DNA of 64,000 nt from Carcharhinus longimanus (Eukaryota): NCBI GenBank assembly GCA_030264375.1, contig JASCQW010000001.1, positions 91,411,853 to 91,475,852 on the forward strand, in the 5' to 3' direction. Below, piece by piece: positions 48,651-61,389 of the stretch. The position numbers and the translations under genes were made by a program. Every line of letters begins with the position of its first letter. The first letter of the stretch is position 1. Below the pieces are notes generated by a model, which made no database searches, was not told the DNA's origin, and saw only the letters and a list, made by a program, of their open reading frames with translations.

Positions 48651-49975
48651 GGTCAGGATTCTCCCCAAAAAAACTAAAGGCCCAACAGGAAAACAGGAGA
48701 TCTTCCCACCTGATTTTTTGGGCGCACGTAGTGGAATGAATCTCCGGCATTATGTGCTCCACAGAGTGCCTCAGGGAGATTCACACTGGTAAGGTGGGGC
48801 ATGGCCTCATTTCACTGGAGAGGCCAGATTGCGCACTGAGTGGGCCACTGTACATGCACCTATCTGTCAGTGAAGAAATCGGTGCATGCGTGCTTGCCCT
48901 CCTCCCATCGCCAGCCTCCTGATTGTTTTGCAACCCCCATCTTCTCCCACCCAGAATTTCTGGTCTATCCAAACACCCTCTAACTGGGCCAGCCCCAATT
49001 ACAAGTCTCTATGACTAGCCCTGATAGCTCCCCCCTCCCAAGGGCCTGCCCCAATCACCCCCCTATATCAGCCCAGATCACCCCCTCCCTCCTGCACCAA
49101 TCCCATTACAGAGTGCACAGCGGGTTCCAATCGGTCACATCCCCCAGTAGCCCCCCTGTTAGGCCCTGCCCCTTGGCGCTTGGGACTGCCCAGTGTCCAA
49201 TGGGCAGTCCCAGGGTGCCCAGTGGACAGTTCTAAGGTGCTCAGTGGACAGTGCCCAAGGGGCATCCCCTTCCCATCCACTGATTCTGTCTACAGTCCCC
49301 GCTGCCTCGGCAAAACAGCCAGCATAATTAAATACCCCACGAATCTTGGACATCCTCTCTTCCACCTTTTTCCATTGGGAAAAAGATACAAAAGCCTGAG
49401 GTCATGTACCAACTGACTCAAGAACTGCTTCTTCCCAGCTGCTGTCAGACTTTTGAATAGACTTACCTCGCATTAAGTTGATCTTTCTCTGCACTCTAGC
49501 TATGACTGTAACACTACATTCTGCACTGTCTTGTTTCCTTCTCTACGAATAGTATGCTTTGTCTGTATGGCGTGCAAAAAACAATACTTTTCACTGCATG
49601 TTAATACATTTGACAATAAATCAACTCAAATTTAGACCTGCCCCTGAGCTCCCGGAGGGGTGGGCGGGGGGGCCTCAATGCCATCTGTCCCTACCAATGG
49701 TGTGAGTATGCCTGTTCCTATGGTGGGAAACAGTTGGAAACCCCATGGTTTGGGACCCACTGCTGGCCCAGGGTAAACAATAGTGGGGCCCGGAGACTAC
49801 CATCCCAGGCTTACTAATCATATGGAAATGATAGCACGGGACTGATAACGTGGCAAAACATAGCCTGGGAGACTCGCAATTCACCAGATGCCGGTCCTGC
49901 TACAGGCCAGCTGATGTCTCTCGGCCTGCTGTGCAACTCAAACAGTGCAGTGGGCTGCAAGAATCTTGGCCAAAA
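48651..49975. mobile_element. GC-rich non-autonomous DNA transposon with nested Rex1 3' end (49280-49632, +)
   Basis: Left end ggtcaggattctcccc matches 28362; right end aagaatcttggcc; inner RCLGKTASIIK.PT..GHPLF.L.PLGKRYKSLRSCTN with tgacaataaatcaa tail. Confidence 0.65.
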
Positions 49976-50182
49976 TTCTTACTGTAATTGTCTATAACCC
50001 AACTCATAGAACTACAGAATGGCTGTAATACAGAAATACAGAGCAGAAGGAAGCCATAAAGACCACTGTATCCAGGCCAGCTCTCTTGAAAATCAACTAA
50101 CCCACTGTCCCTGCCCTTTACCCTGCCATTTCTTAATGAAAGCACAATAATGAGGATGTTGGAAATTTGAAACAGAAGTATA

Positions 50183-50337
50183 AAGTGCTGGCTAAACTCA
50201 GCAGGTCTGGCCACCTCTGCTAAAAGAGAAACAGCTAACGTTTCAAGTCTATATGAACCATCTACAGCTGCAGAAGGACTCAAAAATGTAACTGTGTTTC
50301 TCCACAGAAAAAGACCTGCTGAGTTTGCCCAGCATTT
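50183..50337. repeat. Palindromic short repeat with decayed hammerhead-like cores
   Basis: tgctggctaaactcagcaggtct / agacctgctgagtttgcccagca arms (21 of 23 pair); related copies at 13545-13690 and 26275-26400. Confidence 0.6.
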
Positions 50338-51206
50338 TATGCTTTTGTGGCTGAAATGTCTTCCTATCCAGTGCCATTTTGAAAGCCCTGATTGTATCTG
50401 CCTCAAGCACACTTTCAGGGAGTACACTCTGATCCTAACCACATAACTCTTAAAAAGGCTTTTCTTCAAGTTGCTGTTGCTTCCTTTGCCAACCAGTTTA
50501 ATAGATGTCCTATGGACCCTTCCACCAAAGAGAACTGTTTCCCTCAAACTGTCTTGACCCCTCATGATTTTGAAACTTTGGTCAAATTCCTACAAATTGA
50601 TATGAGTGTGATTTCCAGGAAACAAAAATGTTTAGTGTGGAAAATGACTTTATAAAAATAATTCATTCTCAGGATCCAGAATTAATTCACATTCCTGGCT
50701 AGCATGGAGATGTGGTGGGACTTTTTCCTCAAACCACAGCAGTCTGTTCTCCTTGTCTGATACAACTAACTGTCTGGCCAATGTCTGACTCCAATCCTAT
50801 ACTTAACTTTAAAATGCTCCAGCAAGCCAAAGTAAGAACAGCATGTTTTCTTTCTTGAAGGACATTAGTAAATGAGTTGAATTTTATTACAAACTGACAG
50901 CAACACAGTCACTATCACTGATTTTTAAAATGACAAGTTACATTTATATAGTGCCATTAATGTATAAAGTGCTTCACAGAACTGAATTGAACTTCTCAAA
51001 CTACAAAGTGGGATTTGAATTCAAATTCTATTGGGTTATTTGGCAGCCCTGTTACTAGTCCAGCAACATAATTATTATACTAGGATATTCCATTGTCTAT
51101 GATGCTAGATTTCCATTTTTTCTGCATGTTGTGAAAAGATCTAATGATCCATTCAGTGAAGGAGGAATCCATTGCCAACTGCTTTCAATGCTATAAATTA
51201 TGTCAA

Positions 51207-51495
51207 ATCATAGAATCCCTACAGTACAGAAGGAGGCTATTTGGCCCATCAAGTCTGTACCAACCACAATCCCATCAGGCCCTACTCCAACAACCCCATT
51301 TACCCTATTAATCCTGCTGACACTGGGGTTGATTTAACATGGCCAATCAACCTAACCTGCACATCTTTGGACTGTGGGAGGAAACCAGAGCAGACATGGG
51401 GAGAAAGTGCAAACTCCACACAGACATTGACATTGGTCAGAATTGAATCTGGGACCCTGGCTGTGAGGCAGCAGTGCTAACCACTGTGCCATCAT
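51207..51495 (-). mobile_element. HE1-like SINE
   Basis: Reverse complement of the 3303 family. Confidence 0.8.
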
Positions 51496-51889
51496 GGTAG
51501 AGGAGGAAGCAGTATCTCACGTGGTTGGGGATCTCAAACCTGAAACCAACTTTGATTGAATCACCTTGAGTACATTAATCCTTCATAACGGTTGCCAACA
51601 GATATGTATTTTGAGTGCATTGTCAGCATTGATCAGATAACCTGATATCTAGCTTATTGACTGATGTGGAAATTGCTAATCCTATATTGGAGGATGCTGG
51701 TGCTAATGTGAATCAGAATGAGGAAAAGGCACAGGTGTGCGGTAGTGTAACCCACCACTAGGACTGCTGTGGCACTCAATTATGAACAAATGCTGAGGAA
51801 AGGACTGGCAGCCAAGCCAGATATACTGATTAAACCTTTCTCTGCACTAAGTAGAATGGACTTAATTTCAGATGAATGTGCAAATCATA

Positions 51890-52445
51890 ACTGCTGTATA
51901 AGACCCTGGTCAGACCCCACTTGGAGTACTGTGCTCAGTTCTGGTCGCCTCATTCAGGAAGGATGNNNNNNNNNNNNNNNNNNNNNNNNNNNNNNNNNNN
52001 NNNNNNNNNNNNNNNNNNNNNNNNNNNNNNNNNNNNNNNNNNNNNNNNNNNNNNNNNNNNNNNNNNNNNNNNNNNNNNNNNNNNNNNNNNNNNNNNNNNN
52101 NNNNNNNNNNNNNNNNNNNNNNNNNNNNNNNNNNNNNNNNNNNNNNNNNNNNNNNNNNNNNNNNNNNNNNNNNNNNNNNNNNNNNNNNNNNNNNNNNNNN
52201 NNNNNNNNNNNNNNNNNNNNNNNNNNNNNNNNNNNNNNNNNNNNNNNNNNNNNNNNNNNNNNNNNNNNNCTGCTGTTGATGGTGGTGGAGGCAAATTCGT
52301 TAGGGTCTTTTAAGAGACTTCTGGATGAGTACAGGGGACTTAATAGGATTGAGGGTTATAGGTAAGCCTAGTAGGTAGAGACAAGATCGGCGCAACTTGT
52401 GGGCTGAAGGGCCTGTTTGTGCTGTAGTTTTCCTATGATTCTATA
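51890..52445 (+). mobile_element. CR1 3' end spanning a gap
   Basis: LYKTLVRPHLEYCAQFWSP before the gap; VVEANSLGSFKRLLDEY after it. Confidence 0.85.
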
Positions 52446-53085
52446 ACCTCAGAGCATTTTGCAAAATACCTAAATTTTGCTTTGCAAAGGTTGTACAATT
52501 CCTAAATTTTGATCACTTGCAATTTATTGCATGCTCTGATATTCTGATGATATTCTAATGTTCTTGTAATGATTTAGTCTGCTGTTTTATCTAAATTGTT
52601 TAATCTGCATTACTGGATAATTCTCCACTTTATGTCAAGACAGGAAGATGATTCTATAGAGGCATTGAATTACGCCAATGGCTAAAATAATCAGCGCAAA
52701 AGCATCACAGAGCTAAAACTTCACTCTATGTTTGATATATCAATATGGTTAATTTATAAAATCTTCAAAACTGGACAAATGCCTTACAATGACTGAAACC
52801 ATTGCTGAATATAATTCAAACATTTCCTCGTGTTCAGAACAGCTACAATCCCATTATCCCTGAAGACCTGCTAACAAACCTATGCTTGCGTAGATGAAAT
52901 TCCAAAGGGATTTCACTAAGACCATTTACACTTCCAAGGCCAGAACCAGCCAATGGATACCACCTGTCTGATAGATCAAAGAGCCCGAAAACCTCTTTTG
53001 AAATTAATAATGGCTGAAATATGAACCATCTCAAGAATCTGGACAAAGGTATATACATCCTTCATCTAAACTAAAATGGAGAAAT

Positions 53086-53523
53086 CATAGGATCATAGAA
53101 ACCTTATAATACAGAAAGTGGCCATTCAGCCCATCAAGTCTGCACCAACCACAATCCTACCCAGGCCCTACCAACATATCCCTACATATTTTACCCACTA
53201 ATTCCTCTAACCTAGGCATCTCAGGACACTAAGGGACAATTTTAGCATGGCCAATCAACATAACCTGCACATCTTCTGACTGTGAGAAGAAACNNNNNNN
53301 NNNNNNNNNNNNNNNNNNNNNNNNNNNNNNNNNNNNNNNNNNNNNNNNNNNNNNNNNNNNNNNNNNNNNNNNNNNNNNNNNNNNNNNNNNNNNAGTACCT
53401 GGTGGAAACCCATGCAGACACAAGGAGAATGTGCAAACTCCACACAGACAGTGACCCAAGCCAGGAATCGAACTCAAGTCCCTGGAGCTGTGAAGTAGCA
53501 ATGCTAACCACTGTACTACCGTG
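53086..53523 (-). mobile_element. HE1-like SINE spanning a gap
   Basis: Reverse complement of the 3303 family. Confidence 0.8.
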
Positions 53524-55975
53524 ACACCCCTATGGGAGTCATATCACATGACCTCCTCTCCTCCCTCACCACCACCCCCCCCCACCCCCCAGCTGGGAGA
53601 GCCAGTTGTCCTGCCTTGTGGAACTGTGAAGGCAGTCAGCCATCTTCATCAAACAAACAGCAGCAGACCCAGAGCTCTGTCTGTACTTGTTGCTTTGCCC
53701 TCATCTACACTGTTTCTATGATAACTTCTGGACTTCTCTACCAGCACCTACAAGACTACATTATCCCTTTGTGCCTATTTTTTGAGGAAATCAAATGGAA
53801 AAGTCTTCAACCTGTTGGCCAGGACTCTACCATCTCACCTGCTATGGAATTGGCACGGGCAAAGGTCTGACAATAGAAATCTTAGTTGGCCTTGGGCAGG
53901 AATTTCCAGTCTTGTCCGAGCAAGACCATAAAATTCCATTCATTCTCTCTGTGAAAGAGTATACCATTAGACTTTGAATCTGAACTCACGCAATACAATA
54001 ATGCTTAGGTGGGATTTTATGGCCTTGTTTGTCCCAAAACTGCAAAATCCCGCCTGTGGTGGGTGAGCGGAGTGGTAAAATTCCAGTCATCAACTTCTCT
54101 GTGGTCTTTGATCTATATCTTTTTCTTTTCCTCATCCTTCTTTCATTGTATAAGTGTACCGAGGGTCTACGGAGAGATACTCCCTCCTGCATTTTGAGTG
54201 TGTATAGAGTAAACTAACCCCATTTAGTTCACCCTATCTTAAGTTTGCTGTGGGGTCACCAGTAGAAATTGGATCACACCAAAATAAAGAGGAAATTAAA
54301 AACCACAAGCACCATTCGGTTTATGGATGGATGAGAGGAGAAATCAGGGTTGTTTAAATTAAACCACTTCATCTTGCAGTTATTTTGAACATGTGACCTA
54401 AGGTTTACCTAGATACCAGGACTGGTCAAGATATTCTTATATGTATAATGAGTTGAGATTCATGTAGATGGGCAATCTAATATATAAGAGCTGAAAGCCT
54501 AGGCTAAGAAGGGCAGCAAAGGCTCAAAAATATAACCATTTTACTTAATCCTTCTCAATCAAATATCTTGGCAACCTGTTCGAGCTGTTGACCGCCCTTT
54601 GTGTACAAATATTTCTTACTATCTATTCTAAACTTGAAGTTAGTTGCTGGGGAATTCAGGCATATAACCTGTGTTGACGTACTACACTGCTAGGAAAACG
54701 GAATACATTGCCAGGGAAATTGGATTCTGTGGACACAGACTCACAAGACTACCAAGATAATCAGACAGTACAGATGCATAATAAATGCTGCCAAGAAAGT
54801 CAGACTTTTACACCTACCTCAACGTAAGGGAAATTGAATACGATGGATACATAAACCTAATGGAGTGCTAAATAAATCATAACTGCAGTTGCAAAGATCT
54901 CTGATGCTGCCAGGAAAATCAGATACTGAGGATAGATAAGCCCCTAGGACTACCAGGATAATAAAAGTAATGAGACAAAGCAAATGCACAAAGTGACTGG
55001 ATTGCCAGGATACGAGACTCATTAACCCACTAGACTGCTGAGGAATTTGGATGCAATACCACACCAAATATCTACCTGACAACTTCTGCCTTTCATTTAG
55101 AAGGAATCAAAGCACAATAAAAGTGTGCAAACATTTAGAGCATTGCTAAAGTATTCCATGTATCTGGACAAATGATCAGATCTGTCAAATCCCACAACTG
55201 CATGGAAATAAATTAATTTTCTTATAGCAGTGAATATGTCCAGTCCTGATTCACACAAATAAGTTAACTCAAGTTTACTTCAATTGTGATTAATAAGTGT
55301 TTTCTAAACTGGTCCATAGTCAGAATTATGTGAAACTTTTCCCTGACAAAAAGTGAGATGTGAGCTACTTTTTCTTTAGAAACTTTAAAATCATAAAGAA
55401 AGTTTGTATCCCGACTTTGGGTTCAAATGTCAGAGGTTAACTGACACAGCATTCTCCTGTCTCCCTGAAGCCTGTACAGAAATTTTAGCCTGGAGTTAAA
55501 TGCTATTTATATTCATACACAGAGAGAAAAAAAACTTCAGTTAAATTTTAGTTGAGTACAATGGTAATTTTTCTCCTTTCGTCAACGGGCTAATGTGAAA
55601 AAAATGTATTCTGTGACTCTCTTGACGGTTCAATTGATAATCACAACAGTTGGTCTGGTACTGAAATGTACACAGTTCACAGGGCCTAATTTGATCAATG
55701 ATTATGCCATTAGATCAATCTCAGGTGAGACATTGCTTGGCCAACTAGCACAGAGAAATTAGCAAGGTTTCCTACTCTTGATTGCTGTACTCTGATGTTC
55801 ATGGCTAGACATCAAACAAATGTACAGGCCCATCGATGTACAGAATTCAGCTCTTGTAAGGAAGGGAGGGGGAGGNNNNNNNNNNNNNNNNNNNNNNNNN
55901 NNNNNNNNNNNNNNNNNNNNNNNNNNNNNNNNNNNNNNNNNNNNNNNNNNNNNNNNNNNNNNNNNNNNNNNNNNN

Positions 55976-56048
55976 TTGAATGGCGGGGCAGGCTCGAAGG
56001 GCCAGATGGCCTACTCCTGCTCCTATTTCTTATGTTCTTATGTTCTTA
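55976..56048 (+). mobile_element. Young CR1 3' tail abutting a gap
   Basis: Identical to the tail core at 14866 and 22112. Confidence 0.9.
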
Positions 56049-57476
56049 TAATTGTAACCACAGTCTTTCAGTATTTGATCTTAAATAAGACATAATATAC
56101 AAACTTTGTCCTTGTGTGAAACTCACAAGGGAAATATATGAAGGCTTAATTTCCTGATCACTTACGATAGTTTAACAAAATTTTAAGTAAATTAAGTTTT
56201 ACACCATAAGGCCACAAGACGTAGGACCAGAAGTAGGCTGTACAAGCCATTGAATTTGCTCCACCGTTCAATAAGATCATGAAGCATAGAAAATTAGAAT
56301 CCTCAAAGGGCAGAAAGAGGTCAACTGACCCATCGAGTCAGCACCAACTCTTTGAAAGAGTATCCCACCCAGATGCTCCCCTCTGCCATATCCCCATTCA
56401 TTCACCATGCTAATCCACACATCTTTGGACACTAAAGGGCGATTTAGCATGGTCAGTCCACCTCACCTGCGCATCTTTGGACTGTGGGAGGAAAGCAGAA
56501 CACCCGAAGGAAACTCACGCAGACAAGGGGGAGAACAGAAGAAAATCATTCCACAGCAGGTATCAAAATTAACCCTTTCTGGACTGCTTCCAATGCAAAC
56601 ATATCTTTTCTTAGATAAGGGGACCAAAACTGTTCACAGTATTGCGGGTGAGATCTAACTAGTGCCTTGTAGAGTTTTAGCAAGACTTCCCTACCATTTC
56701 TGCCAGATACGTACCTTGCTATTTTTTTAATCATTATACATTAAAGATTCTGATTGTAATATATGATCATTTTCTATGGGTGATTAAATGAACACTTTCA
56801 GAAGTGTCAATTATGTTGACAATGCATTCCACCTACCAAAATAGTACCAGCAGAAAATGGTAAAATAAATTGTTAAGAAAAAAAAACAGTTACTTTCATT
56901 CATATTTTCTCAGAAAGAGAGTTTAATATGGAATAGTCTCCAACTAAAAATCTTTGTCAAGCCAGTTTTTCAACTCAGAAGTTCCCATAATAAAAGTAAG
57001 TTTCTGGTCAATATTTATATTGTAACCAACAACAATAAAACAAATTATCTGGTCATTGCTGTCTGTGGGGCATTTTCTAATTATAGTGAAAAAAATCTAC
57101 GAATTTCCTTTTTGAATTTTTGGGATTTGGGAAAAGCATTGCAGATTTCTGCAAGATACTTTATGTGAAGAAGTGATGAATGAAGAGTAGAAAAAGAAGA
57201 GGGAGGGATAAATAGATTTTCTGTAGTTATACTTAACTGCTTTTGAAGTTCAGGAAGTACTTATATTGAAACTTCTTTCAGGAGACTAATTATGTGGTGA
57301 TAAAGTCCATGATAAGATACATAGAATTTACCTCAAATTTACAAAAGTTATTCCACTCACATGTTCCATGAAGAGTATTGGCTTCATACGGGCTTTCTGT
57401 CACCCACCTCAGCTAATCCTAACAATTTACCCTTCCCTTTCAGCCCCCCTCCCCACCAATGTAGAGGCATTTAATT

Positions 57477-58230
57477 TTTTTAATTCATTCACGGGATAGG
57501 GGCATCGCTGGCTGGCCAGCATTTATTGCTAATCCCTAGTTGCCCTTGAGAGTGTGGTGGCGAGCTGCCTTCTTGAAACTCTGCAATCTACATGCTGTGT
57601 GTTAGCCCATAATGCTGTTAGGGAGGGAATTCCAGGATTTTGATCCAGCAACTGCGAAGGAACAGCAATATATTTCCAAGTCAGGATGGTGAATGTCTTG
57701 GAGGACAGTTGTGGTGGTCCCATATATCTGCTGTCCCTGTCCTTCTAGATGGAATTGGTCTTTGGTTTGGGAGGTGCTGTCTAAGGATCTTCGGTGAATT
57801 TCTGCAGTGCATCTTATACACTGCTGCCACTGAGCGTCAGTGACGGAGAGAGTGGACATTTATGGATGTGGTTCCAACCAACAACCGTAACTATATTCCT
57901 TTGTGCCAGGTATGACTCCAACCAGCACAGAGTGTTCCTCCTGAATCCCATTTATTTCAGTTTTTCCCCTTGATGCGATAATCAGTCAATAGCTGCCTTG
58001 ATGTCAAGGGCAATCTATCCCATCTCACCGCTGGCATTCAGCTCTTTGTCTATCTTTGAACCAGGATTGTACTAACATCAGAAGCTGAGTGAACCTGCCA
58101 GAACCTAACATGAGCGTCAGTGAGCAGGTTATTGCAGAGAAAGTGTTGCTTGATAGCGCTGTTGATGATCTTTCCCATCACTTTACTGATGATTGAAAGT
58201 AGACTGATGGGGCAGTGATTGGTCAGGATT
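57477..58230 (-). mobile_element. L2/CR1-superfamily LINE 3' portion
   Basis: Minus strand HTILTWKYIAVPS..GSKSWNSLPNSI; homologous to 59200-60012. Confidence 0.7.
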
Positions 58231-58850
58231 CTTATAACTCTGACTTTGCACCTTCTCCTTGGTTCAATATCTTGTCTGTAACGTGGAAACCTGAGAGTGT
58301 TCAGGAAGTGTATGCAGGATGAAGTCTATTGTTCGGTAGCTGCTTTGTGAGGCTCTCTGCCGTCTGTCAAAGGGCAAGCTTGATAGACAGAACGCTCTTA
58401 TCTCCTTCGTCGTTCCGAGTTACGAAGTAGTGACACCAGGTTTATTGCCTATTATGGAAACTGAAGGATGGGGAGATGGCCTCTGGATAATAGTTCCACT
58501 TGCAGTGTGTCAGAAACTTCATGCTGGACTATTGCATGGATCTATTGAAAATCTTGCGTAACTGCCACATAAAAAAAATTCAATCAGTGTGCAGAAAGTG
58601 ATTAAGTGCTTCAGGATCAGAAGCCTTGGTTTTTATTGCTCTGTCAGGCATATTCTGCCAGTTCTAATAGCCTAATCAATGGCATTCACATTTGATTTTC
58701 ACTGTAAATAACCACTGTTGTAAGATTCACTATAATAAGGTCATTTACAAAAGGAATCCATGGAATTGGTCTAATAAACAATGTTAGGTACGATATACCT
58801 GCATTGCAAGAGTGGGAGGGAATAATCCATTTCAAAGCAAATGTTTTCTC

Positions 58851-59190
58851 AGTCTAATTGACAGACTGATTGACAGTCTGGTTGGCAGGATGGTTGACTG
58901 TCTAATTGATGGACAGACTGCCTAATCACCAAACTGATTGACAGCCTGATTCATATACTGATTGACAGGCTGACTAACAGCCTGACTGACAGGCTGATTG
59001 ACAGTAAGCCTAACTGACTGGTCAGTTGCCTGTTTGATTGGCGGAGTGATTGATGAACTGCTTGACAGGCTGGTTGACAGTCTGATTCACAAAATGATTG
59101 ACAGCTTTGACAGTCTGATTGACAGTCTGATTGCAGTATATCTCATTGACAGGCCAATTAATCAGTTGGTTGACAGGCTGATTGACAGTC
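58851..59190 (+). repeat. Degenerate 12-bp tandem repeat (CTGATTGACAGN)n
   Basis: Seven exact TGATTGACAG copies starting at 58867, 58935, 58959, 58995, 59095, 59116, 59179, plus variants. Confidence 0.9.
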
Positions 59191-59199
59191 AGATTAAGA

Positions 59200-60012
59200 G
59201 ATTTTTTTTATTCATTCATGGGACATGGGCATTGCTGGCTGGTCAGCATTTATTGTCCATCTCTAGTTGTCATTGCGAAGGTGGTAGTGAGCTGCCTTCT
59301 TGAATCACTGCAGTCCATGTGCTATGGGTTGACCCACAATGCCATGAGGAATTCCAGGATTTTGATCCAGCAACTGCGAAAGAACAGCAATATATTTCCA
59401 ATCAGAATGCTGAGTGGCTTGGCGGGAACATGCAGGTGGTGGTGTTCCCATTTATCTGCTGTCCTTGTCCTTCTAGATGGGAGTGGTTGTGGGTTTGGAA
59501 GGTACTGTCTAAGGATCTTTGGTGAATTGTTGCAGTGCATCTTGTAGATCATACACACTGCTGTGACTGAGCATCTGTGGTGGAGGGATTGAATATTTGT
59601 AGATGTGGTGCCAATCAATGGGCTGCTTTGTCCTGGATAGTGTCAAGCTTCTTGAGTATAGGGGTTGCACCCATCCAGACAAGTGGGGAGTATTCCATCA
59701 CACTCCTGAATTGTGCCTTTTAGATGGTGGATAGGCTTTGGGGAGTCAGTAGGTGAGTTAGCTGCCACAATATTCCCAACCTCTGACCTGCTTTTGAAGC
59801 CACTGTTCTTATATGGTGAGTCCAGTTGGATTTCTGATCAATGGTAACCCCCAAGGATGTTGACAATGGGTGACTCAGTGATGATTACACCATTGAGTGT
59901 CAATCTGTGGTGGTTAGAGGTCTCTTATTGGTGATGGTCATTGCCTGGCATTTGTGTGATACAAATGTTATTTGTCACTTGTCAGCCTAAGCCTGGATAT
60001 TGTCCAAATCTT
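59200..60012 (-). mobile_element. L2/CR1-superfamily LINE 3' portion
   Basis: LIGTTSTNIQSLHHRCSVTAVCMIYKMHC.NSPKILRQYLPNP; upstream MEYSPLVW motif. Confidence 0.75.
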
Positions 60013-61389
60013 AAGTAAAACTAATATTAAGTACCTGGATGAGCACTTGGCATGTCATAGCATTCAAGGTTAAGGACCATGTGCTGGTAGATGGGATTAG
60101 GTGGGAGTTCAGGTGTTTCTCGCATGAAATTCACTCCTATAGAAGAATGAGATACCTGAGGAAGTGTGACAAGTGCTGGTAGCTCTTCCACATTAATTGA
60201 ATAAGGCATGAGGCCCAGTTTTGGGGCCATCTTCCTTTTTGGGCACAGATTACAACCACATCATTACCTTTGGTTCAAAAGTGTTCATCAATTAATTTTT
60301 CCTCCTGCCAAATGTTTGCAGATACCAAAACTTAGCTCTCAGTATTTAAAAAAAATCTGGCAAATAAACCATGTTCTATTTTTAAATACAGCTTATTTAT
60401 ATTCTTTGTAAAAGCATTTGGAAACAATTGTGGTTAGTTTCATTCATGGTGATAAATAATTTGAATTGATTTTCCTCTGCACATGATCTTGAAGTAACCA
60501 TCAGTCAGTAATTGGAAACAGAAAATAGCAATCTGAAGAGAAAAATACTAAATGCAGCATGTGCCAAAACTAATTATATTGGTTGAAGTTGATAATCCTT
60601 CCTCATTAACTCCAGTGGGTTTTCCTGTAAGAAGCTTATTGTTTCATTTAAATTATATTTCTCTTCTTCCCACACCTGCTACAATGTTCCTGTCCCTTCC
60701 CAGTGGGGCCAACTAATGGTGGGATAAAATTCCTCTAGTTCCATATTAAATGGTCATACTTTATCTCTTTCACCCAGGCAGTGACTATTGGCAAGTTATT
60801 GGTCCTGGGGGCAGATACTGCAGCTAAACCTAATTCAGCTTTCACCTGTTACCATAGATGCGCAGGATGGGTGACTAAACAGCCAGATCATGTGCAAGAT
60901 GATTGGAAATGGCTGACTTTCAAACCCCTGGCCTAGGGACACTACTGCCTGCAGCACTGCACCTTCATCTGCCTTGGCTGTGATCAACTATATGAGCACA
61001 AATTTCCTGTGCTGCTTCCTAATATTGCTGTACATCAAATTTAAATTTGAAATAGAACCATACTTTAGGTAGGTTATCAATTCCTTGCTGATTTGTGTCA
61101 TTAACCTGTTTCAGTTGCTCAGATATTTTTAAAATTACATTTACAGCAAATCATCAATAAGCTCAGGTATCACTTGTAAAACCTCTAAAGCATAGCTAAA
61201 AATTTATGTGATTATATTTTTGAAACTTCAGTCTTATAATGGCATGCAGAACTTCATCACTTAAATATAAATTGGCACCTTCTGGGCAACAGCTGGTTGA
61301 ATTGTAGTGGAGGAATAAAATTAAATCAACTGCAAGAAAACGGGGGAATAATTAAAATTGTTGTTAGGCTTTGTGTGTAGTTTGGTAAG

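Noticed and set aside
49900-50565. 221-aa minus-strand ORF
   Set aside because: It crosses SINE/CR1-tail and palindromic repeat remnants and has no recognisable domain; likely chance
58851-59303. CRISPR-like array or the repetitive 101-aa ORF (LIDSLID...)
   Set aside because: Short degenerate tandem units without unique spacers, in vertebrate DNA with no cas genes; the ORF only mirrors the repeat
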